The notes beneath the pieces are model-generated. The model searched no databases. It saw only the letters and a program-made list of their open reading frames with translations, and was not told the DNA's origin. From Candidatus Aenigmatarchaeota archaeon (GTDB taxonomy: Archaea; Aenigmatarchaeota; Aenigmatarchaeia; GW2011-AR5; JACRAC01): a stretch of 64,000 bases of DNA. The stretch covers positions 8,841 to 72,840 of the forward strand of contig JACRAC010000011.1 of NCBI GenBank assembly GCA_016213555.1, written 5' to 3'. The translations under genes and the position numbers were made by a program. Positions 37,780 to 47,287 of this stretch are shown piece by piece. Positions within the stretch are counted from its first letter, which is position 1; each line of letters opens with the position of its first letter.

Positions 37780-39096
37780 TCACTCTCCTCTGGCCAACCT
37801 AATATGAGATTCTGCAAGTTCGTATGTGTTGGCTTGTGCACATAACAAATTTAGATCTTGTGCAGTAACAGCTGCTGCGATAATTTCAGCAAGCTTTCGT
37901 GCATTATCTCCTGGTGATATTCCTGCTCCTGCGCATCCAATAATATCCAGACATTCTTTGGCAGTTCCAAATTCAGTACCTCCGCCTAGTGTGGCAACCT
38001 CTAAACACGGGAGAGATGCACCAAAAGCAAGATATTTTTCACCGTCTTTTTCTATTATTTCAGCATCAATGAAGCAGCTAGAACTTTCTGTAAGCTGTGC
38101 ACAATCTTGTCCTGTTGCTACAAAGAAGGCTGCTATTGTATTTGCTGCATTTGCATTGAATCCAGAGGTCGTTCCTGCAAGCGCAGATCCTCTGTAGTTT
38201 TTCAGATAATTAAGTTTAGCAACAGTTTCAGCGTCTATACCAAAATGTTTTTTAATTAAACTAGCTTTTATAAAAATCTCAGTTTCAATAGATTTACCAC
38301 GACCAAATATTATATTAGTATGTGTTGCTTTTTTGTCTGAGCACATGTTTGCAGTAAGACTTCTTATTTTAACATCTGGATGACGCTCTATAAGGGCCTT
38401 TATGGCATTTGCAGAATATTTTGTAGCAGAATTCATTCCCATTGAGTCGCCGGTTTCAAAACCAAATCTTATATGTAAGAAACGACCTTGTTGAAAAGGT
38501 ATCATTTCTTTTACAACAGATACTTTAGATTCTTCTTCTGCAGCTTGTTTTAGAAGCTTATACAAGTATCCTTTGTTTTTTATTTCATCATAAAGCATCT
38601 TGGCTTCTTTTATATCAGAACATTCTACTAACGGAGCTCTAGTCATACAATCTTTGACAACAACGGTATTTACTCCACCAGCTTCATTTAGTATTTTTAT
38701 ACCTCTGTTTATTCCAGCAATTAATGCTGCTTCATTGGTTGCTAAAGGTAGAACAAAGTTACCTTTAGCATATTCACCATTTATTTTTAATGGAGTTGAG
38801 ATACCTAAAGGAGTTATACAACCACCTATTTGTTGTTCAATGCCAGTTGTCTTTGTTGAACTATGATTTTTACAAACTTTTACGTAAGCATTTTTAATAG
38901 AAGGAAATGTCTTACCTGTATTATTTTCTATAGTTTCTAATCTCCATTCTGTTGCTAATTTGTTTGACAGCTCCCAGTTATTACAGGATTCGAATATTTT
39001 TTCTTCTAGTAAATAAGGTTTTATTTTTCCTAGTTGAAAGTCTTTTTTAATAGATTCTAAAACTTTTTCAAGAGCCGGCTCTTTTAGATCAGTCAT
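37780..39096 (-). CDS. hmgA: HMG-CoA reductase, class I
   Basis: PLATNEAAL, MTRAP, GDSMGMN, NMCSDKK cis-loop, GQDCAQ, GGGT, C-terminal His (ESH). Confidence 0.92.
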   Translation of the reverse strand: MTDLKEPALEKVLESIKKDFQLGKIKPYLLEEKIFESCNNWELSNKLATEWRLETIENNTGKTFPSIKNAYVKVCKNHSSTKTTGIEQQIGGCITPLGISTPLKINGEYAKGNFVLPLATNEAALIAGINRGIKILNEAGGVNTVVVKDCMTRAPLVECSDIKEAKMLYDEIKNKGYLYKLLKQAAEEESKVSVVKEMIPFQQGRFLHIRFGFETGDSMGMNSATKYSANAIKALIERHPDVKIRSLTANMCSDKKATHTNIIFGRGKSIETEIFIKASLIKKHFGIDAETVAKLNYLKNYRGSALAGTTSGFNANAANTIAAFFVATGQDCAQLTESSSCFIDAEIIEKDGEKYLAFGASLPCLEVATLGGGTEFGTAKECLDIIGCAGAGISPGDNARKLAEIIAAAVTAQDLNLLCAQANTYELAESHIRLARGE

Positions 39097-39125
39097 TATA
39101 AAATACTAGGAGGAAGACATTTAAG

Positions 39126-39509
39126 CTATATTTGGTCTAAGAATTCTATAGAAAATCCCTTTTCTTGGGCAAATTTTTTCCCAATATTACCCTTATTGTC
39201 AATAACATCTTTTAGATGTAAAAAAGTCCATCCTTTTCTTGCAATCTTCCAAGCTATATATGCTGACGCACCTGCTTTTTCTTGCCAGTCAAGAAGTTCC
39301 TGGAGCTGTTCTTTTTCTACTGTAAAGGCAGCAGCTCTTGATTTACATTCAATTACTATCAGTTTTCCTACTTTCGCAGCTACTATATCTGGTGATGGAA
39401 GACCAATTCTTCCAGAACGAGGGGCTCTGATAGCCATATATCCCATACTAGCTAGTTTGTGTGTTAAACTCAGTTCTGCAATATAACCTTTTCTATAACT
39501 TGCTGTCAT
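39126..39509 (-). CDS. hjc: Holliday junction resolvase Hjc
   Basis: KG..AE..L, RAPRSG, PDIVA, IECKS. Start moved to the MTASYRKG ATG. Confidence 0.9.
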   Translation of the reverse strand: MTASYRKGYIAELSLTHKLASMGYMAIRAPRSGRIGLPSPDIVAAKVGKLIVIECKSRAAAFTVEKEQLQELLDWQEKAGASAYIAWKIARKGWTFLHLKDVIDNKGNIGKKFAQEKGFSIEFLDQI

Positions 39510-39636
39510 GAGAATATTTTGAATTAATCGCTTATATTGATTTAGACCAATTTGTAAAAAATTTTTGTGATCTTGTTTACTAAACTCTTTATTTAAGCCT
39601 TGAAGCCTTAATAGTTTTATAACAGGTGAATTAGAA

Positions 39637-40179
39637 ATGAAATTCAAAGCTCTTGTAAAAGAGGTAATGAAGCCTGATGTAATTACTATAGATATAGAAG
39701 ATTCTATTAAAAACGCTGCAAGATTGATGAAAAAAAATAGAATAGGATCTTTGGTTGTGATAGGGTCAAAAAAGATAAAAGGGATTCTTACAGCAGAAGA
39801 TATTGTTTACAAACATATTTCAGAAGGTACTGGAACTAAAGTAAATGAAATAATGTCACATAAGCTTGTTGTGATAGATCCAGAAAAGTCTATAGAAGAA
39901 GCATCAATGATTATGGTTGAAAATCATGTAAAAAAGCTCCCTGTCATGGAAGGCGATAAAATAGTAGGAATTATAACAGCTTCTGATATTATTAAAATAG
40001 AACCTGTTTTATATGACACTTTATTAGAAAGGCTTAGAATAGGCAACAAATCGCTTAAATCAGCTCCAAGAGGAGGACCTATAGAAGAATGTGAAAGTTG
40101 TGGTAATGCTGGTGATGATATACATCAGGTTAATGGAGAGTGGGTATGTTCTGAATGTGAAGAAGCTGGGACTCTGTAG
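39637..40179 (+). CDS. CBS-pair protein with C-terminal Zn ribbon
   Basis: Two CBS repeats (IGSLVV..GILT; KKLPV..GIIT); CESCG...CSEC. Confidence 0.88.
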   Translation: MKFKALVKEVMKPDVITIDIEDSIKNAARLMKKNRIGSLVVIGSKKIKGILTAEDIVYKHISEGTGTKVNEIMSHKLVVIDPEKSIEEASMIMVENHVKKLPVMEGDKIVGIITASDIIKIEPVLYDTLLERLRIGNKSLKSAPRGGPIEECESCGNAGDDIHQVNGEWVCSECEEAGTL

Positions 40180-40268
40180 TTGATAAATAATCGAGTTAAT
40201 GTTTTCTAGCCTAGAAGAGCACAAATTATATATAGGATTCTTGTCAAATGCGTATTAAGGTCATTATT

Positions 40269-40712
40269 ATGGAAAGAATTAAGAACCAGTTTTATGAACA
40301 ACAGTATAATATAGAATCAGAAGATCCTTATGCAATAGCTTTAGAATTTATTAATTTCATGGCTAATTTTGGAGAAATTAACGTCACTAAAAATATTATC
40401 TCTAATACAGGAGCTGAGAAAAGCGCAGAAATACATTTTTACTTGGAAAGAAGATTTGATAGATATTCAAAACTTTTTTTCTTGTTTAAAATAGATGTTG
40501 ACATATCATCAAAAAAATTGAATATATCAGCTCTTGGTATGAATCAACTTCAAATACCTGTTGGAGGCCAGGTTGGTGATGTATTTCAGGAATGGTATAT
40601 GAAAGAAATTCAACCAGAAATACATAAAAAATCTATAAAAATTATAAAAGAAATAACAAAAACTGTTGAAAAATATATATATGAGATAGCGGAAAATACA
40701 CCTAAGCAATAA
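40269..40712 (+). CDS. Hypothetical protein
   Basis: Long ORF with genome-typical codon usage filling the gap; no recognisable motif. Confidence 0.6.
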   Translation: MERIKNQFYEQQYNIESEDPYAIALEFINFMANFGEINVTKNIISNTGAEKSAEIHFYLERRFDRYSKLFFLFKIDVDISSKKLNISALGMNQLQIPVGGQVGDVFQEWYMKEIQPEIHKKSIKIIKEITKTVEKYIYEIAENTPKQ

Positions 40713-41028
40713 ACTTCTTTTCATCTATATCGAAAACTGCTATAGCTCTTGGTGTGCATGTTTTTGCAGCGTTCATTACTAAATGTGGGGAGTCTGTTTC
40801 TATTTCCTTTACAAAAAGTTCGCCTTGAAACTTTCCTTCCATAGGCTTACCATCAACTAGAAGTGCTTTCCAGTCAATTTTCTCATCCCACGCAAAGTTA
40901 TATGGATCTGAAAGCATACAATGTCCAGATCCTATACAACCTTTTCTATTAAATATTATTCTAAGTCTATGAACTTTTCTCTCTTTTTTATCATGTTCAT
41001 ATGTCTTGTCTAAATTTACATCTGTCAT
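40702..41028 (-). CDS. Monocluster ferredoxin (probably 3Fe-4S)
   Basis: CIGSGHC plus distal AAKTCTPRAI. Confidence 0.75.
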   Translation of the reverse strand: MTDVNLDKTYEHDKKERKVHRLRIIFNRKGCIGSGHCMLSDPYNFAWDEKIDWKALLVDGKPMEGKFQGELFVKEIETDSPHLVMNAAKTCTPRAIAVFDIDEKKFIA

Positions 41029-41124
41029 ACTATCATCTATGTTTTATAACTTTCAAAAATTAGTGAAAGTATGCTAATAGTATCAAGTATAAACTTAAAT
41101 AGTTTTTATTTAACCATATATAGA

Positions 41125-41143
41125 ACAATTGATTATCAATTGT
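41125..41143. promoter_or_regulatory. 19-bp palindrome between the ferredoxin gene and dnaG
   Basis: ACAATTGAT-T-ATCAATTGT just downstream of a TTTTTATTTAA element. Confidence 0.4.
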
Positions 41144-41259
41144 ATAAGAAACAGTTTCATATTTATTGGGGTAAAATGTTTACTTTTATTAATAAATTTA
41201 TCTAATTACGTTAGTATCTCGATTACTAGGCTGTTTCTATTTTAAAAAAGGTGATAAAC

Positions 41260-42465
41260 ATGGCTAAATTAGCTCAAAATTTTGCAAAATATATGGTAAA
41301 TGCTCAATTAAACGCAACAGGTATAGTTGAAAAACCTGATGTTATAGGTGCTGTTTTCGGACAGACAGAAGGTCTTATAGGTCAGGACCTAGATCTTAGG
41401 GAATTGCAGAGAACAGGTAGAATAGGTAGAATAGAAGTAAATATAAAAAATAATAAAGGTAGATCTGTTGCAGAAATTACAATACCATCTAGCCTAGACG
41501 CTAGTGAGACTTCTCTTATTGCAGCTTCTTTAGAAACTATTGAAAAAGTTGGTCCTTGTGATGCAAAAATAGATGTAATGAAGGTAGAAGATGTCAGAAC
41601 ACAAAAAAGAAGATATGTTATTGATAGAGCTAGAGATATACTTAAGGCACTTATGGATGAAGGAGTCCCAGATTCTCAAAAATTGTCTGATATGGTCAGA
41701 GAGGCTGTAAGAACTTTTGAGGTATCTAACTACCAAGGACTGTCATGTGGTCCTGGTCTTTTAGACTCGGATGAGATCGTAGTTGTTGAAGGAAGGGCAG
41801 ACGTAATATGCATGTTGAAAAATGGAATAAGGAATTGTATTGCTATAGAAGGATCTAAGATCCCTGATACAATAGTTGCATTAACAAAACAAAAAATAAC
41901 TACAGCTCTTCTTGACGGAGATAGAGGAGGAGATCTGATTTTGAGAAAGCTTTTTGAGGTAAATGCAAATCTAGATTTTGTTGCTAGAGCAGAAGATGGT
42001 AAAGAAGTCGAAGATTTGACAAAAAAAGAAATCTTCAAAGCTCTAAGAGAGAGAGTTTCTATAGATCAAATACCAAAACATGGTGTTGCTAAAGATTATA
42101 AAGATATCAGGGAGAAATCTTTCAAACCTGAAAGAGAAGAAGAAGTACATCAAAAATTGTCTCAGGTTGATGAAAAGACTAAAAATACCTTGCTTTCTTT
42201 GCTAGAAGACTTAACAGGAACTAGAGCAGCCTATGTGTTGGACAAAGACAATAATATATTGTCAAAGGTTCCGTTAGCAGAGATGACAACTATTCTTGAT
42301 GAATTTAGAAATGCACAAGCATTGGTTTTGGACAGTAAGATAAATCAAGCATTGGTTGATCTAGCACTACAGAGGAAGGTATCTACAGTTGTTGGAACAG
42401 GTTATTCAGAGCAAGTAAAATCACCTCCATCTATGCATATATTAACTATTGAGGATATGAGGTAA
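41260..42465 (+). CDS. dnaG: Archaeal DnaG (TOPRIM domain; exosome-associated)
   Basis: KY...VEKPDVIGAVFGQTEGL, LRELQ.TGRIGRI, VVEGRADV, DGDRGG, EVEDL. Confidence 0.95.
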   Translation: MAKLAQNFAKYMVNAQLNATGIVEKPDVIGAVFGQTEGLIGQDLDLRELQRTGRIGRIEVNIKNNKGRSVAEITIPSSLDASETSLIAASLETIEKVGPCDAKIDVMKVEDVRTQKRRYVIDRARDILKALMDEGVPDSQKLSDMVREAVRTFEVSNYQGLSCGPGLLDSDEIVVVEGRADVICMLKNGIRNCIAIEGSKIPDTIVALTKQKITTALLDGDRGGDLILRKLFEVNANLDFVARAEDGKEVEDLTKKEIFKALRERVSIDQIPKHGVAKDYKDIREKSFKPEREEEVHQKLSQVDEKTKNTLLSLLEDLTGTRAAYVLDKDNNILSKVPLAEMTTILDEFRNAQALVLDSKINQALVDLALQRKVSTVVGTGYSEQVKSPPSMHILTIEDMR

Positions 42466-42494
42466 ATCAATTTATCCTATAGAAACCAATTAAC

Positions 42495-43487
42495 ATGATG
42501 AAAAAAGAAGCAGATGCAAGATTGGGTAATCTAGAATATTTGACAAATAGCAAAAAGCTTGATGGAGTCATATTTTTTAATCATGATCATTTACCAAATC
42601 CTAATTTTACTTATATGACAGACATTTCTGAGTTAGGACTATTTTTATTTTATAAGAACGATCCCCAAGTCTTTACAGTTGGATGGAAGAATAAATATAA
42701 ATCAAGTGTAAGATCAAAACATTTACAAAGCTTACAAGAGTTACCTAAAATAAAAGGAAAGATAGGAATAGATTTCAATAATATCCAAGCAAATATGTTG
42801 AAAAGACTTAAAAGACTTACAGGTGTAAAATTTGTAGACATTTCTACTGAAATGGAGAATGTTCGTAAGATAAAATCCTCCAACGAAATTAATATCATTA
42901 AAGATGCTTGTAAACTAGCTGGGAAGGCTTATAATAATTTTTCTAAGTTTATGGATGAGCATAATTCTGAAATTGTTCTAAAATATAAAATCGAGACGGA
43001 ATTTGCAAAATTAGGATTGTATCCAAGCTTTCCTACTATTGTTGCTACAAAAGAAAATATTATGGAGCCACATCATATCGCAGGAGACAAAATTGTTGAA
43101 AAGCCTATTCTGGTTGATTTTGGAATAAAATATAAAAATTATTCTACTGATAATACAAGAACTATTGGAAGTAAATACGAAAAGCTTATTACAGAAATAC
43201 TGCTGGATTTAGAGATTATGTTAAAACCAGGAGCTAAATGCGCTGATATTGATAAGTTTGTAAGAAAAAAGATGGGTAAACTTCAGAAGAGTTTTATTAC
43301 AGCATTAGGACATGGAATAGGTATTGCTGTTCATGAATTACCTGTAATATCTTCTTTTAGTAAAGATTGTTTAGAAGAAAATATGGTTATTGCAATTGAA
43401 CCAGGAATATATTTGAAAAATGGAATAAGAGTAGAAAATATGTATCTTATCACAAAGGATGGTTGTGAGAATTTGACTAGCTTCTAA
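42495..43487 (+). CDS. Xaa-Pro aminopeptidase / prolidase (M24B)
   Basis: RKIKS, PHH, VDFG, STDNTRT, GHGIGIAVHE, IEPGIY, GIRVEN. Confidence 0.88.
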   Translation: MMKKEADARLGNLEYLTNSKKLDGVIFFNHDHLPNPNFTYMTDISELGLFLFYKNDPQVFTVGWKNKYKSSVRSKHLQSLQELPKIKGKIGIDFNNIQANMLKRLKRLTGVKFVDISTEMENVRKIKSSNEINIIKDACKLAGKAYNNFSKFMDEHNSEIVLKYKIETEFAKLGLYPSFPTIVATKENIMEPHHIAGDKIVEKPILVDFGIKYKNYSTDNTRTIGSKYEKLITEILLDLEIMLKPGAKCADIDKFVRKKMGKLQKSFITALGHGIGIAVHELPVISSFSKDCLEENMVIAIEPGIYLKNGIRVENMYLITKDGCENLTSF

Positions 43488-44848
43488 ATAATATGTTTTT
43501 CTATAAGTTGTATAAACTGGTCTTTTAGTGTTGTAAGATCTTCTTGTTTCTTGGCTTCTATTGTTAATCTTATCAGAGGTTCTGTATTAGACTGGCGTAT
43601 TAATATCCAAGAGTTTTCAAAATCTACTCTTATGCCATCAAGAGTGGTTGTATTTTCTGACCCGTATTTTTTAAATATCTGTTTTCTTATTTTTTCCATT
43701 ATCATTGTTTTTACATCATCTGAGCAAGGAAAATTTACCCGATCAAAATGATATTGAGGAACCTGTTTTAATATTTCTGATATAGACATTTTTCCATCTA
43801 AGGTGCATGAAAGATAATATGCAATAGCTATTGCATCATCACAAGGTACTAGACTTGGAACACATGCATGACCTGACTTTTCTATTCCTAATACTGCCTT
43901 AAATTCATGAACACCTTCCATAAGATACGTGTCTCCTACTGGTACACGAATAACTTTTTGGCTGTGTTGTTTAGCTACATCATCTACTACATATGAACAT
44001 TCTACGTTTGCTATTACAGGACCACTTTGAGTTTTGTATATTTCTTTTAGAAGTAGGAAAGCTAAATGATCTGCTGGAATTTTCTTACCTTTTTCGTTTA
44101 ATACTACTACTCTGTCCGCATCTCCATCAAAGGCTATTCCCATGTCAGCATTTTTGGCTGATATTGTTTCACGAAGTTCTTTTAAAGAATCTTCATTAGG
44201 ATCTACTTTTCTATTTGGAAAATTTCCGTCAGGCTTGCTATTTAATGATATTATTGTATGACCTGCTTTTTTGAAAAGATCTTTTACTACAAAGTCTGCC
44301 ACACCATTTCCAGCATCTGTAACAATAGTAAGCTTCTTTTTTGGTGTAAGCTTGAACAGCAGTAAATTTTTATACTGTTCTATAGCCTTTTCGTTTCCTA
44401 AGAAAGAGTAATCTCCGAATCTCTTACTATCTGGAACACCTAATACGTAGAGTTTCTTTATTTCATTGTTCGCAGGTTCTGAAAAACCAATTCCTTCTGG
44501 AGTAAAGAATTTTATACCATTCCATTCTTTCGACATATGAGAAGCTGTTATATAAACTAAATATTTTTGGCTTTTCCAAGCGTAAAATGCAGCAACTGTT
44601 AGTGGAAGAGTTCCAAGGTCTATAATATTTTTGCCCTGTGATAACACACCTTCTACAAAGCTTTTTTGTAAACTCTCACTGGATAATCTTACGTCGCGGG
44701 CTACATATATTATAGATGTGTCGTGTTTTGTATCATTGTTTATAAAATGTCCTAAAACAGCACCTATTTTTTTGCATATAGTTTCGTTTATTGTGCTTCC
44801 ATAGATACCTCTAACGTCGTATGCCCTGAATATGGAAAGTTCTGACAT
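43484..44848 (-). CDS. Phosphomannomutase/phosphoglucomutase
   Basis: FRAYDVRG, TASH, NGIK, FDGDADR, EKSGH, RQSNTEP. Confidence 0.93.
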   Translation of the reverse strand: MSELSIFRAYDVRGIYGSTINETICKKIGAVLGHFINNDTKHDTSIIYVARDVRLSSESLQKSFVEGVLSQGKNIIDLGTLPLTVAAFYAWKSQKYLVYITASHMSKEWNGIKFFTPEGIGFSEPANNEIKKLYVLGVPDSKRFGDYSFLGNEKAIEQYKNLLLFKLTPKKKLTIVTDAGNGVADFVVKDLFKKAGHTIISLNSKPDGNFPNRKVDPNEDSLKELRETISAKNADMGIAFDGDADRVVVLNEKGKKIPADHLAFLLLKEIYKTQSGPVIANVECSYVVDDVAKQHSQKVIRVPVGDTYLMEGVHEFKAVLGIEKSGHACVPSLVPCDDAIAIAYYLSCTLDGKMSISEILKQVPQYHFDRVNFPCSDDVKTMIMEKIRKQIFKKYGSENTTTLDGIRVDFENSWILIRQSNTEPLIRLTIEAKKQEDLTTLKDQFIQLIEKHII

Positions 44849-44917
44849 GATAATCTAGAATCTAGAAGACTAAGAATTATTTAAATTGATGTAATTAGAA
44901 AATATAGGGTTAAAAGA

Positions 44918-45832
44918 TCATTTTAAGCTTTTGTAGTATTCAACAGTCTTTTGTATACCATCTTCTAAACTGGTTTTTGGAACCCAGTTTAATATTTTCT
45001 GAGCTGCTTTATTGCTAAGCACACTGCGTCTAACCTCTCCTGGTTTTTGAGGTCTTGTTATTTCAGAAATCTTAGAATTTGTACTCTTTCTTACTAAATC
45101 TAAAACTCTTTTTATTGTGGTTTCTTTTCCTGTAGATATGTTTACAGTATGATTTTCGGTTTTTGTAGCCAACATTACAGCATCTGCAACATCTTTTACA
45201 AATATAAAGTCTCTTGTTTGAAGACCATCTCCAAATATTACTGGATTGGTTTTCTGCATTATATTGTTGATGAATAATGCAATAACTCCTCCTTCTGAAC
45301 TTGCTTTTTGCCTAGGACCATAAACGTTTGATAATCTTAATGACATGTATTTCAAGTCGTACAGGTTATTGTAAACTTTTAGATATTGTTCAGCTATGTA
45401 TTTACTAACTCCGTAAGGAGATAACGGATTTATCAAAGCTTTCTCATCAGTGGGTAGTTTTTCTGCATTTCCTACAACAGCACCTCCAGAATTCAGGTAT
45501 ATTATTTTTTTAACACCATATTTTCTACAATTTTCTATTATATTTAATGAACCAAAAATATTCACTTCTGCGTCTTTTACAGGAAAATCTATAGATTTCT
45601 GAACCATAACCTGTGCAGCTGTATGGATAACTATATCTATTCTGTTATCTTCGAATATTTTGGCTAAATTATTGCATATGTTTGTTTTGTGTACAATACA
45701 TCCCATGTTTATATTTTTTCCACTCGACAGATCGTCTAAAATATGTATCTGAGAATTTTTGTTGTTTTCCAGAAGTTTATCTACTATATGACTACCTATA
45801 AACCCTGCTCCACCTGTAATCAAATATCTCAT
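44918..45832 (-). CDS. NAD-dependent epimerase (UDP-glucose 4-epimerase-like)
   Basis: TGGAGFIGSH, YGVSK, NVYGPRQ, FGDG.QTRDF. Confidence 0.9.
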   Translation of the reverse strand: MRYLITGGAGFIGSHIVDKLLENNKNSQIHILDDLSSGKNINMGCIVHKTNICNNLAKIFEDNRIDIVIHTAAQVMVQKSIDFPVKDAEVNIFGSLNIIENCRKYGVKKIIYLNSGGAVVGNAEKLPTDEKALINPLSPYGVSKYIAEQYLKVYNNLYDLKYMSLRLSNVYGPRQKASSEGGVIALFINNIMQKTNPVIFGDGLQTRDFIFVKDVADAVMLATKTENHTVNISTGKETTIKRVLDLVRKSTNSKISEITRPQKPGEVRRSVLSNKAAQKILNWVPKTSLEDGIQKTVEYYKSLK

Positions 45833-45898
45833 TAAATCAACTTATAATAAATCTTTAAAAATAACGTTATAGTTAAGATTAATGAGATCTGTGATAAT

Positions 45899-47287
45899 AT
45901 GGCTACAAACTACTGCATATTTCTTAGCGATTTGAAGGGGAATCCAACTTATTTAATGGAATCTTTGCATAAACATCTTCCTAAAGACTGGAAATTTCAT
46001 CTTGTGTTTAGGTTCAAATTAAACTACTTGTCTGAAGATAAATACTCTCATATAAAACCTTTTTATCTCTATGATAATTTTAAACAGCTTTCTGAAAAGG
46101 ATGTTCAAGACGAGGAAAAATTTCTTGGAAAAACTTTCGCTTTGATACGTCTAATGAGTAAGGTAGGTCAGTATAGGTACCCTAATATAAAAAAACTTCC
46201 TGATGACTACTATTTTGCTAATTTAGTAAGATCTTGGAGAAAATTTTATTTGTCTAATAAAATAAATCTTTTTTTGGCAGGTGTTAGTGATGATTATCCT
46301 AGTCTTATAGGATTTGAAGTTGCTAGAAAACTAGGGATAAAAATAATTATACTTAACTCTAGCAGATTTACAAATGCCTATTTGTTAACAGATGAAGATT
46401 ATCAACCTATTTTCTATAAAAAAATAACTGAAAAAGAGAAAAAATTATCATACCACCAGGCCGAAAAAATAATAATGGGAGAGAAAATAAATAATCCAGA
46501 ACTTTCAAAAATAGTCAAGAAAAACTTTAACTTTATAAATCCTCTAAATCTTTTGTCTGTTGCAAAATCATTTTTTCCAAATTTTAAAATTTATTATCTA
46601 GAGGTTCCAAAATATGATAGACTTTCTTGGTACTCTACATTTGAATTTGTCGTAAAGTATATAAAATCTTTTATACGCTCTGCCATCTCAAAACAAATAT
46701 TTAAATACAAACCAAAAAAAGGAGAAAAATATATTTTTTATCCATTACATTTTACTGATGACGCTACTATAACAGCTAAAACGCCTTTTATAGATCAATT
46801 TCAGCTTATAAAAGAAATATCAAAAATAATACCTCATGGGGTATTATTGTATGTTAAACCTCATCCACATTTTCAGTGTTCTGACATTCCAATATCAAAA
46901 ATGAGAGAACTATCTAAGTTACCAAATATCAGACTATTGTCTTATAATGAAGATACTAAGCAATTAGTTAAAAATGCCTTATATGTAGCTGTTATAAATT
47001 CTAGCACTGCTTTTGAGGCTATGATAATTGGTACTCCAGCAGTAACTTTTGGAAAGGATTATCCAAATGAAATAGTAAAACATATTAAAAGTCCAGAAGA
47101 GCTTTTGAATATAAAACCAACCCTTGATAAGAAAAAAGCATACGATTACGTATCTAAATGCTATGCAAATTCAATATTTTTGAGGGTTCCATACTATCTA
47201 AAGTTTGATTTTACAGGAAATTCTGACATTAAAGATTTAGCAAAAGGTATTGTCCAATCATATAATATGTTATGTAAAGGGGGTTGA
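45899..47287 (+). CDS. Capsule-synthesis (KpsS/KpsC-like) glycosyltransferase, candidate ulosonic acid transferase
   Basis: FYPLHFTDDA, YVKPHP, VINSSTAFEA..G.P.VTFG. Confidence 0.7.
   Translation: MATNYCIFLSDLKGNPTYLMESLHKHLPKDWKFHLVFRFKLNYLSEDKYSHIKPFYLYDNFKQLSEKDVQDEEKFLGKTFALIRLMSKVGQYRYPNIKKLPDDYYFANLVRSWRKFYLSNKINLFLAGVSDDYPSLIGFEVARKLGIKIIILNSSRFTNAYLLTDEDYQPIFYKKITEKEKKLSYHQAEKIIMGEKINNPELSKIVKKNFNFINPLNLLSVAKSFFPNFKIYYLEVPKYDRLSWYSTFEFVVKYIKSFIRSAISKQIFKYKPKKGEKYIFYPLHFTDDATITAKTPFIDQFQLIKEISKIIPHGVLLYVKPHPHFQCSDIPISKMRELSKLPNIRLLSYNEDTKQLVKNALYVAVINSSTAFEAMIIGTPAVTFGKDYPNEIVKHIKSPEELLNIKPTLDKKKAYDYVSKCYANSIFLRVPYYLKFDFTGNSDIKDLAKGIVQSYNMLCKGG

Noticed and set aside
44896-44911. ORB-like AGAAAATATAGGGTT far from cdc6
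   Set aside because: A single partial copy without the dyad half, in AT-rich promoter DNA; likely chance
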